DNA of 62,951 nt from Gemmatimonadaceae bacterium (GTDB lineage Bacteria > Gemmatimonadota > Gemmatimonadetes > Gemmatimonadales > Gemmatimonadaceae). Position numbers and translations under genes: made by a program. Positions within the stretch are counted from its first letter, which is position 1, and every line of letters begins with the position of its first letter. Below the pieces are notes generated by a model that searched no databases, was not told the origin of the DNA, and saw nothing but the letters and a program-made list of their open reading frames with translations. Positions 1 to 7,921 of this stretch are shown here, in pieces. The DNA lies in the NCBI GenBank assembly GCA_033763905.1, contig JANRJP010000075.1, forward strand, positions 1 through 62,951, written 5' to 3'.

Positions 1-1
1 C

Positions 2-670
2 GTGGCTGGCGAGACCTACGGCTTCGATCGTTCGCTGGTCGGTGCTGCGATGGCCGCCGGCTTTCAGGTCGGCATTCACGCCATCGGTGATCAGGGGAAC
101 CGCGACGCGCTCAACTACATCGACTCGGTATTCCGTCTGGCCGCGCCAGCAAAGACCACGCGCCCGCGCATCGAACACGCGCAGGTGGTTTCGCCCGATG
201 ATATCGGTCGCTTCGCGGAACTCGGCGTGACGGCATCGGTGCAGCCCCCGCACGCGGTCGAAGACGCGCCGTGGGCCGAGCAGCGCCTTGGACCGGAGCG
301 CATCCGCGGCGCGTACGCGTGGCGCACGCTCCGCCAAGCAGGGGCGGCGTTGGTGTTCAGCGCGGACTTGCCCGGCTCCGACCCGGATCCGTTCTACGGG
401 CTACACGCGGCCGTTACCCGCACCGACAAGCGCGGCCAGCCGTCTGGGGGATGGTACGCCGATCAGGCGATGCGCATTGAAGAGGCCCTGCGTGGGTACA
501 CGGTCTGGGCGCGGCGCGCGGCGTTCGAAGAGCCCTACGTCGGCCCACTCGCGCCGGGGATGTGGGCAGACCTCACCGTTCTCGACCGGGATCCCTTCAC
601 GGCCCCACCGGACTCGCTGCTGGGCGGACGTGCCCTTCGCACCTACGTACGCGGCGTCGCGGTGCAGTGA
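2..670 (+). CDS. Metal-dependent amidohydrolase (YtcJ/Amidohydro_3-like), 5'-truncated
   Basis: HAIGD, RIEHAQ, SADLP, L.PG..ADL.VLD motifs; ORF runs off the window start. Confidence 0.85.
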   Translation: MAGETYGFDRSLVGAAMAAGFQVGIHAIGDQGNRDALNYIDSVFRLAAPAKTTRPRIEHAQVVSPDDIGRFAELGVTASVQPPHAVEDAPWAEQRLGPERIRGAYAWRTLRQAGAALVFSADLPGSDPDPFYGLHAAVTRTDKRGQPSGGWYADQAMRIEEALRGYTVWARRAAFEEPYVGPLAPGMWADLTVLDRDPFTAPPDSLLGGRALRTYVRGVAVQ

Positions 671-706
671 CCGTTGCCTGTCCCTGATGAACCCAGAGGC
701 CTGCTG

Positions 707-1051
707 ATGAACGCGGTGGTGCTGCGCACGACTGGTCTATTGCTCCTCTCGAACGTCTTTATGACGTTCGCGTGGTACGCCCATTTGCGGAACCTGTCGC
801 AACGGCCGTGGCTGGTGGCGGCGCTCGTGAGCTGGGGCATCGCGTTGTTCGAGTACCTGCTGCAGGTCCCGGCGAACCGCATCGGGCACACGGCACTGAA
901 TCTCGGCCAACTCAAGATTCTGCAGGAAGTCATTGCCTTGGCGGTCTTCGTCCCGTTCTCGGTGCTTTATATGCGGGAGCCGCTCCGCCTAAACTTTCTG
1001 TGGGCGGCGCTCTGCCTCTGTGGCGCGGTCTATTTCATCTTTCGGAAATGA
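707..1051 (+). CDS. DMT-family small membrane protein (DUF486-like)
   Basis: SNVFMTFAWYAHL...SWGIALFEY.LQVPANRIG...QLKILQE signature; ATG at 707 preferred over TTG at 674. Confidence 0.85.
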   Translation: MNAVVLRTTGLLLLSNVFMTFAWYAHLRNLSQRPWLVAALVSWGIALFEYLLQVPANRIGHTALNLGQLKILQEVIALAVFVPFSVLYMREPLRLNFLWAALCLCGAVYFIFRK

Positions 1052-1464
1052 GCAAGCACCACAAGTCGGATGATCCGTGCCCCTCGCACGAGCTGCTGAA
1101 GAAGGCGCGCAAGCGGGGGCTCCTGGCCCACGGCAGCGACGCCGCCGTCCGGCACATCGTGGTCTGCGGTGATTCCGACTGCGGCGGCGGTGATGGCCGC
1201 GAGACCTACAAGCGACTGTCGCAGGCGTGCAAACGGCTCGAGGACGAGCACGGCGTCACGGTGCTGCGGACACGCGCCGAGTGTATGGGGCTCTGCAAGC
1301 AGGGGCCGATCGCGGTCGTCTATCCCGAAGGGACGTGGTATCACTCGCTCGAAGGGCGAGTGGTCGATGCCGTCGTGGAGCAGCACCTGCACCTCGGGAT
1401 CGAGGTCAGCAGTCACGTGCTGGCCCGCAACGCCCTTCGGTTGGCCGAGGACGTCGCGGAGTAA
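1048..1464 (+). CDS. Thioredoxin-like (2Fe-2S) ferredoxin
   Basis: VCGDSDC...CMGLCKQGP.AVVYPEGTWY; ATG overlaps the upstream TGA (ATGA). Confidence 0.85.
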   Translation: MSKHHKSDDPCPSHELLKKARKRGLLAHGSDAAVRHIVVCGDSDCGGGDGRETYKRLSQACKRLEDEHGVTVLRTRAECMGLCKQGPIAVVYPEGTWYHSLEGRVVDAVVEQHLHLGIEVSSHVLARNALRLAEDVAE

Positions 1465-1487
1465 GTCGGCCGCCCTGGTCCGCAGAA

Positions 1488-1518
1488 CGCAAAACGGGAG
1501 CCCGTGAGGGCTCCCGTT
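1488..1518 (-). terminator. Rho-independent terminator for rplU-rpmA, possibly bidirectional
   Basis: 11-bp stem AACGGGAGCCC/GGGCTCCCGTT with 4-nt loop; TTTT at its 3' end on the minus strand; lies between convergent genes. Confidence 0.8.
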
Positions 1519-1538
1519 CGTGCATTCGACGGAGTGGC

Positions 1539-1805
1539 TTACGCGGTCGCGGCGATGGGCTCGACCGAGATCTTGAGCCGCGTCTTCGACTTGTGCTCGA
1601 ACTTCACGGTGCCCTCGACGAGCGAGTAGATCGTGAAGTCGGTGCCCATCCCGACGTTGCGGCCGGGATGCCACTTCGTGCCCTTCTGGCGGACGATGAT
1701 GTTGCCGGCGACGACGTGCTCGCCACCGAACTTCTTCACGCCGAGGCGCTGCGAATTGGAGTCGCGCCCGTTGCGCGAGGAGCCTACGCCTTTCTTATGT
1801 GCCAT
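1539..1805 (-). CDS. rpmA: 50S ribosomal protein L27
   Basis: [24 protein letters not shown]. Confidence 0.99.
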   Translation of the reverse strand: MAHKKGVGSSRNGRDSNSQRLGVKKFGGEHVVAGNIIVRQKGTKWHPGRNVGMGTDFTIYSLVEGTVKFEHKSKTRLKISVEPIAATA

Positions 1806-1820
1806 TGTGCTCTCCCTCGC

Positions 1821-2138
1821 TCAACCGAGCGAAATCGCGGTGATCTTCACCGCGGTGTAGCCCTGCCGATGACCCTGCTTGCGCGCGTAGTTCTTTCGGC
1901 GCTTGAACTTGAAGATGACGATCTTGTCGCCCTTGCCGTGCTCCACGATCTGTCCCGACACCTTCGCACCGGCGAGCGTCGGCACGCCGACCTTCGCGGT
2001 GTTGCCGTCGGACCCGAGCAGCACGTCGTTGAATTCGATCGCGGCGCCCGCGTCGCCAGGAAGCGACGGAAGCTTGTACGTCTTGCCCGGCTCGACCTTG
2101 TACTGCTTGCCGCCGGTGCGGATGATGGCGTAGGACAT
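1821..2138 (-). CDS. rplU: 50S ribosomal protein L21
   Basis: [13 protein letters not shown]...KRRKNY.RKQGHRQ. Confidence 0.99.
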   Translation of the reverse strand: MSYAIIRTGGKQYKVEPGKTYKLPSLPGDAGAAIEFNDVLLGSDGNTAKVGVPTLAGAKVSGQIVEHGKGDKIVIFKFKRRKNYARKQGHRQGYTAVKITAISLG

Positions 2139-2207
2139 AAGAGAGACCAGCTCAAGTCAAAGCGGCGACTGCCGCCGTTCGTGAACGAACAAGTGGTATA
2201 GCCCCGT

Positions 2208-2236
2208 AAAGTACGCAGGGGCAACGGGTTGGTCAA
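2208..2236 (-). promoter_or_regulatory. sigma70-type promoter of rplU-rpmA
   Basis: TTGACC-N17-TACTTT on the minus strand, about 70 nt upstream of rplU. Confidence 0.65.
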
Positions 2237-2249
2237 CCCGTCGCCCCGT

Positions 2250-2295
2250 GGGCGTCCGTTGGGGGCCCAAGGGGCGCTGGGCCCCCAAACGCCCG
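2250..2295. terminator. GC-rich hairpin just downstream of the RNase E/G stop
   Basis: TTGGGGGCCCA/TGGGCCCCCAA stem with outer GGGCGT/ACGCCC arms; no clear U tract. Confidence 0.5.
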
Positions 2296-3942
2296 TCAGG
2301 CCACCGCGTACTGCTGGGTGACGTCCCGGCCCTGCCCCTTCACCACCAGCTTGAACTCGTCCGGATTGAGCAGGGGGTCGTCCCGGAGCTCGACCCCGAA
2401 GCCCGCCGCCTTCTCCAGCTTCTTCACGAAGTCCTGCTCCTGCTGCAGCACGTACAGGGCCACTTCGGGGTGCAGCTTGAGGATCAGGCTGTCCTTCCGG
2501 CCCTCGACGGCCACGCGCTTCACCGACCGCTCCAGGCGGCGCACGATGGTCTCCGGCGTGAAGACGCGCCCCGTCCCGTGGCAGGTCGGACAGGCCTCGG
2601 TCATCGATTGCAGGTGGCTCTGCCGCACCCGCTGGCGGGTCATCTCCACCAAGCCCAACTCCGACACCGCAAACGCCTTGGTCCGTGCACGGTCGCGGCT
2701 CAGGTGCTGCCGAAGTTCCTGCATCACCCGGTCGCGGTTCGCCTTGGTCTCCATATCGATGAAGTCCACGACGATCACGCCGCCCACGTCGCGAAGCCGC
2801 ACTTGGCGCGCCACCTCGCGAGCCGCCTCCAGATTCACCCGGAGAATCGTCTTCTCGGCGTCCTTCTTGCCCGTGAAACGCCCCGAGTTCACGTCGACCG
2901 AGACCAGCGCTTCGGTCGGTTCGATGATCAGGTATCCGCCGCTCGGCAGATCGCACCGGCGCTTGAACAGGTCGCGGATTTCGGTTTCGATCTCGGCCTT
3001 GTCGAACAGCGGGATCGGTTCCTCGTACAGCTTCACGCGGTCGATCAGCTCCGGCGCGATGCCCTTCAGGTACTCGGCGATCTCGTTGTAGACCTGCTTC
3101 GAGTCGACCGTCACCGAGTCGACCTTGTCGGAGAAGACGTCGCGAATGAGCCCGCGCGTCAGCGACGTTTCGCGGTGAATGAGCGTCGGGGGCCGCACGA
3201 AGCGCGTCTTCTTCTGGATGCGCTTCCACTGATTGATCAGCGTCGTCAGCTCGCGCTCGAAGGTCTCGGCGTTCGCGTCGTGACTGACCGTGCGCACGAT
3301 CACGCCGCCCGCATCCTTCGGCAGGATCTTGCGGACCATTTCGCGCAGGCGCTGCCGCTCGGCCTTCTCGCCGATCTTTCGGCTCACGCCCACCTTGTTC
3401 GGCGCATCCGGCATATAGACCAGGAAGCGTCCCGCCATCGAGACCTGCGCGGTGACGCGCGGGCCCTTGGTCGAGATCGGCTCCTTGGTCACCTGCACGA
3501 TGATCTCCTGCCCCTTCTTGAGCACGTCCTGGATTGGGGGCAGTTCCTTCTTCCGGCGCCGTGGGGGGCGTCCGCCCTTCTTCGGCTCGGAGGCGACCTC
3601 AGCGGGCGCCGCCGTGGCCTCGCCCGCGTCCGGCACGTCGCCGACGGCGTCGTCCGAGGCATCCGCGGCGTCGTCCGCGTCGTCGTCGTCGTCGTCCTCG
3701 TCGTCGCCCATTCCCGGATACAGCACGTCGTTCGCGTGCAGGAAGGCGGCCTTCTCGGTGCCAATCTGGACGAACGCGGCCTGAATGCCGGGGAGCACCG
3801 CCTCGACTTTGCCGACGTAGATGTCGCCGACCATTCGGCGGGCGTCGGGACGGTCGACCAGCAGCTCGGAAAGCTTGCCGTCCTCGAGGATCGCGACGCG
3901 CATTTCGCGCGGCGCGGCGTTGATGAGAATCTCGCGCTTCAG
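2296..3942 (-). CDS. rng: Ribonuclease E/G family (Rne/Rng), short form
   Basis: S1 domain, KEPISTKGPRVT, DVNSG, RLRDVGG.IVVDFIDM, CPTCHGTG; family N-terminus KREILIN starts at an in-frame CTG at 3942. Confidence 0.93.
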   Translation of the reverse strand: MKREILINAAPREMRVAILEDGKLSELLVDRPDARRMVGDIYVGKVEAVLPGIQAAFVQIGTEKAAFLHANDVLYPGMGDDEDDDDDDADDAADASDDAVGDVPDAGEATAAPAEVASEPKKGGRPPRRRKKELPPIQDVLKKGQEIIVQVTKEPISTKGPRVTAQVSMAGRFLVYMPDAPNKVGVSRKIGEKAERQRLREMVRKILPKDAGGVIVRTVSHDANAETFERELTTLINQWKRIQKKTRFVRPPTLIHRETSLTRGLIRDVFSDKVDSVTVDSKQVYNEIAEYLKGIAPELIDRVKLYEEPIPLFDKAEIETEIRDLFKRRCDLPSGGYLIIEPTEALVSVDVNSGRFTGKKDAEKTILRVNLEAAREVARQVRLRDVGGVIVVDFIDMETKANRDRVMQELRQHLSRDRARTKAFAVSELGLVEMTRQRVRQSHLQSMTEACPTCHGTGRVFTPETIVRRLERSVKRVAVEGRKDSLILKLHPEVALYVLQQEQDFVKKLEKAAGFGVELRDDPLLNPDEFKLVVKGQGRDVTQQYAVA

Positions 3943-4300
3943 ATGTCGTTCGCCGGCTTCCGCGGTGCGACCCGAACCCGCGACTGACAGCGACTCCTGC
4001 GCCTACCAGGTGACGTCGCGTCGCCCCGCCCAGGCGGAGGATGCGACAACAGCGTGCAGTTCCCGCGCAGCGGCACCCGTTCGCATCGCCAACCGGCGGC
4101 AACTGGCGTCGTGAGCGACCGCGTACCGAAGCCTCGGCGTGCGACGATCAGACCCACCAGTGCCGGGCATCCGGCGACGGCACGAACCCTTCAAGTGGCG
4201 CACCTGCAACGAGCGGCGGTCGGATCCGGGTAGTCGAGCTCCACCCGGAGGATCCGCCCCACGGCTCCCTCGCGGGTCGCGCGGGTGGCCGTGGCGTGAA
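3943..4300 (-). ncRNA. Candidate structured RNA (RNase E/G 5' leader or sRNA)
   Basis: Several hairpins whose non-Watson-Crick pairs are G-U on the minus strand only (4024-4039, 4087-4108, 4225-4249). Confidence 0.4.
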
Positions 4301-4325
4301 CAACAGTCAAGTCCCGTAAGAGCTA

Positions 4326-4371
4326 GGGGTTACGAACCCGTCTGGCAAGTGCGCCAGCGATCCGTAACCCC
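4326..4371. terminator. Inverted repeat downstream of the acyl-CoA dehydrogenase
   Basis: GGGGTTACG...CGTAACCCC outer stem with inner CTGGC/GCCAG stem. Confidence 0.45.
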
Positions 4372-4399
4372 CTCTCCCGACCCTGCCCGACCCCGTGGC

Positions 4400-5617
4400 T
4401 CAGCCTTGGAGATCCTTGAGCAGGTGCCGCGCAATCACCAAGCGCTGGATCTCGCTCGTGCCCTCGCCGATCTCGCAGATCTTCGCATCGCGCATCATCC
4501 GCTCCACCGGGTAGTCCTTGGTGTACCCGTAGCCGCCGTGGATCTGGATGCTCTTGATCGTCGCGCGCATCGCCAGCTCCGAGCAATACAGCTTCGCCAT
4601 CGCCGCCTCGCGGCCGAACGGCTTGCCCTGCTGGGCGAGCCACGTGGCGTGATACGTCAGAAACTTCCCGGCTTCGATCTCGGTGGCCATATCGGCGAGC
4701 GGGAACGACACGCCCTGGAAGTCGATGATCGCCTTCCCAAACTGCTTCCGCACGCCGGCATACTCCAACGCCGCCTCAAACGCGCCTTCGGCGAGTCCGA
4801 GGGACAGCGCCGCCAGCCCGATGCGGCCGGCATCGAGCGTGCGCATGAAGTTGATGAATCCCTTACCCTCAGCGCCGAGGAGGTTCTCGTGCGGCACTTC
4901 GGCATCCTCGAAGATCAGCTCGCGCGTGTCGCTGGAACGCCAGCCGAGCTTGTCCTCCTTCTTGCCCGACTTGAACCCTGGCACGCGCGGAATCGACGGC
5001 GCGTGGCCGATCCCCAGCGCCTTCGCACGGTCGAGATCGCAGGTGTCCTTCGCCAAGATGAAGCTCGAAATGCCCTTCGTGCCGGCGGACGGATCGGTCA
5101 CCGCGGTCACGACGAAGACTTCGCCGACACCACCGTGCGTGATGAAGCGCTTGGTGCCGTTGAGGATCCAGCGATCCCCCTTCCGCACCGCGGTCGTCTG
5201 CGTGCCGCCGGCATCAGATCCCGCGCCGGGTTCGGTGAGCCCGAAGCCACCGAGGATCTTGCCCGAGGCGAGGAGCGGCACGTACCGCTGCTGCTGTTCG
5301 GGCGTCCCGAAGTACACGATCGGCGAGGTGCCGAGCGTGGTGTGCGCCGAGATCGTGATCGCGTGCGATGCATCGACCTTGGCCATCTCGTGGATGGTGA
5401 GGATGTAGCTCGTCAGGTCGAACCCGGCGCCGCCCATCTCCTCGGACCACGGCACACCGAGCAGACCGAGCTCAGCCATCTGCGGGATGTTGTCCCACAG
5501 GAACTCGCTATCCGCGTCGAGGCGGCTGGCGACCGGTGCGACCTTCTCGCGGGCAAAGGCGCGGACCATATCGCGCACCGCGTGGTGCTGTTCAGAAAAA
5601 AAGAGCGAGTCGTCCAT
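4400..5617 (-). CDS. Acyl-CoA dehydrogenase (short/branched-chain type)
   Basis: [52 protein letters not shown]. Confidence 0.95.
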   Translation of the reverse strand: MDDSLFFSEQHHAVRDMVRAFAREKVAPVASRLDADSEFLWDNIPQMAELGLLGVPWSEEMGGAGFDLTSYILTIHEMAKVDASHAITISAHTTLGTSPIVYFGTPEQQQRYVPLLASGKILGGFGLTEPGAGSDAGGTQTTAVRKGDRWILNGTKRFITHGGVGEVFVVTAVTDPSAGTKGISSFILAKDTCDLDRAKALGIGHAPSIPRVPGFKSGKKEDKLGWRSSDTRELIFEDAEVPHENLLGAEGKGFINFMRTLDAGRIGLAALSLGLAEGAFEAALEYAGVRKQFGKAIIDFQGVSFPLADMATEIEAGKFLTYHATWLAQQGKPFGREAAMAKLYCSELAMRATIKSIQIHGGYGYTKDYPVERMMRDAKICEIGEGTSEIQRLVIARHLLKDLQG

Positions 5618-5754
5618 ACGGGGACTGGAGGGGGAGTGCCACCATCTGCAACGCGCAGAAACCTAGTGCGCTGTCGCGCCGGAAAAGACACCATCTGACC
5701 CGCGATCTGCCGTCGGCGGCGATGAGAGGGGGACCAACCGTGTCCCCGAGTGAA

Positions 5755-7839
5755 TCAGTCCGGAATCCGGGTGCTAGGCCACAACACGTGGAGCACCGAT
5801 TCCCCGTAACGATCCAGCTTGCTGGGCCCGACGCCCGGGATGTGCGAAAGATCGGCCAGCCGCTTTGGTGCGGCCTCGGCGATCGCCCGCAGGGTTCGAT
5901 CCGGAAACACCACGAACGCCGGAACCTGTGCCGCTCGCGCCTCGCTCGCACGCCACTCGCGCAGCGCATCGAATCGTGCGGCCGCGGCCGCAACGAGGTC
6001 GGGATCGTCGGACGCCGTGGTCGGGGTCGACGCCGACCGCGCTGGGCGCGCCGGTCGCGCGGGCCGCGCGCGCGTCGTCGCGCGTGGCTCCACCACCTCG
6101 AACGGACGCTCGCCTGCCAGACAGACGTCGCAGCTTCCGCAGCTCCCCCGCCGGTTGCGACCCGCGGGATCGCCGAAGTACGAGAGCACGAAGGCGCGAC
6201 GACAGCGATCGGCGTAGGCGTACCGCTGCATCACGTCGAGCTGCTCGTTCGCTACGCGCCGACGCTGGGCCAGATGCGACCAGTCGATCGGGAAGGCGTC
6301 GAGCGAGCGCCGACGATCGGCGAGATGCACCCCCTCGCCCGCCAGCGCCCATTGCAGCATCCCGTCGGCGGCCAAGGTATCGAGGGCGGCCACCAGATCG
6401 GTGCCGGGCTCGAGCATCCCCGCCACAGTGTCCAGATCGACGAGTGCCCCAGCAGAAAGTCGTGTGCCGGCGACTTTCCAGCACGCCCGGAGCACCTCGC
6501 GAGCTGCCGACTGGGTGTCGCCGAAATGCGCGGCGATCCGCGCGGTCGGCCAGCGCAGCGTCACGAGCGCGCTCCGGGCGCCGGCGGGCTCGTGGACGGC
6601 GCCGGCCGCCCGCAGCATTCGCAGCGCACTCTCCACTTCCTTGTCGGACACCTTGCCCGGCAGACGTCCGGCCAGCGCCGAGAGCGGCAACGCCACCACG
6701 CCCGCGGGGCTCGCCGCGCGGCATAGGGCCTCATACGTCGCGCGCACCACGTCATCGTCGGGGAACGAGCCCTTGATGAAGAACTCGTGGGTGAATCGGT
6801 CGGGAAACGCGTGCAGCAGCACGCACTCGGACGGCGCTTCGTCGCGGCCGGCACGTCCCGCCTCTTGATAGTAGGCCTCGAGCGAGCCCGGCATCGCGTA
6901 GTGCACGACGAGACGGACATTCGGCTTGTCGATGCCCATCCCGAACGCGTTCGTGGCCACAATGGCGCGCGTGCGCTCACTGAGGAAGGCGTCCTGAACC
7001 TCGTGACGCTCGCTGTCGTCGAGTCCCGCGTGGTAGGCGCGCGCGGCCACGCCCGCGCGGTCGAGCATCTGCGCAACGCGATCAACCGCTTTTCGCGTGG
7101 ACGCGTACACGATGGCGGGGCCCGGCACGCGATCGAGCAGCGCGCACAGGGTCGCATCCTTTTGGGCATCGTTCTTCGTCGGCAGGACGTGCCATCGCAG
7201 GTTCGCCCGATCGAAGCCGCTCACCACAATCTCCGGCTCGCGCAGCCCGAGTTGCTCCTCGATGTCGCGTCGGACCGCCGGCGTGGCGGTAGCGGTCAGC
7301 GCGACGGTTTGGGGGACGCCCAGCGCCTCTCGGATCGCACGCACACGACGGTACGAGGGTCGGAAGTCGTGCCCCCACTCGCTGATGCAATGCGCCTCGT
7401 CGACCGCCAGCAACGACACGCCGGCGTCGCGCAATCGCTCGGCGGTCCGCCCCAACTCGAATCGCTCCGGCGCCACATACAACAGCTTGAGCGTCCCGTC
7501 GCGCACCTGCGCAAAACGGTCTGCGACCTCGGCCGCCGTCAGTGTGCTATTGACGAAGGCGGCAGGCACGCCGCGAGCCGCCAGCGCATCGACCTGATCC
7601 TTCATCAACGAGATCAGCGGTGATATCACCACCGTCAGCCCGTCGCGGAGCAGCGCGGGGATCTGGAAGCACACGGACTTGCCGCCGCCAGTCGGTAGCA
7701 CCACCAGCGCATCCCGCCCGTCGAGGACGGCCGCGACGGCCTCGCGCTGCCCCGCCCGGAAGCCGGCGTGTCCGAACCGCGCCCGGAGCACATCCTCTGC
7801 TCGGCGCATCAGTCCCGTGGTCTCGGCGGTCGCGGTCAT
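5755..7839 (-). CDS. recQ: RecQ-family DNA helicase with C-terminal HRDC
   Basis: PTGGGKS, DEAHCISEWGHDFRP, ATNAFGMGIDK, YYQEAGRAGRD, CRR...CGSCDVC, HRDC (PAFVVFPD.TL). Confidence 0.93.
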   Translation of the reverse strand: MTATAETTGLMRRAEDVLRARFGHAGFRAGQREAVAAVLDGRDALVVLPTGGGKSVCFQIPALLRDGLTVVISPLISLMKDQVDALAARGVPAAFVNSTLTAAEVADRFAQVRDGTLKLLYVAPERFELGRTAERLRDAGVSLLAVDEAHCISEWGHDFRPSYRRVRAIREALGVPQTVALTATATPAVRRDIEEQLGLREPEIVVSGFDRANLRWHVLPTKNDAQKDATLCALLDRVPGPAIVYASTRKAVDRVAQMLDRAGVAARAYHAGLDDSERHEVQDAFLSERTRAIVATNAFGMGIDKPNVRLVVHYAMPGSLEAYYQEAGRAGRDEAPSECVLLHAFPDRFTHEFFIKGSFPDDDVVRATYEALCRAASPAGVVALPLSALAGRLPGKVSDKEVESALRMLRAAGAVHEPAGARSALVTLRWPTARIAAHFGDTQSAAREVLRACWKVAGTRLSAGALVDLDTVAGMLEPGTDLVAALDTLAADGMLQWALAGEGVHLADRRRSLDAFPIDWSHLAQRRRVANEQLDVMQRYAYADRCRRAFVLSYFGDPAGRNRRGSCGSCDVCLAGERPFEVVEPRATTRARPARPARPARSASTPTTASDDPDLVAAAAARFDALREWRASEARAAQVPAFVVFPDRTLRAIAEAAPKRLADLSHIPGVGPSKLDRYGESVLHVLWPSTRIPD

Positions 7840-7921
7840 CGGCACACGCTACCGGCCGGCGCGGTGCCAACCGGGTGCCGGGTGTCGTCAGTCAGTGCCG
7901 AACGATTGCACTCGAGCCCGT

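Noticed and set aside
4150..4320. Firm 6S RNA call
   Set aside because: Only short motif resemblance; terminal stem and central bubble are unconvincing without a covariance-model search
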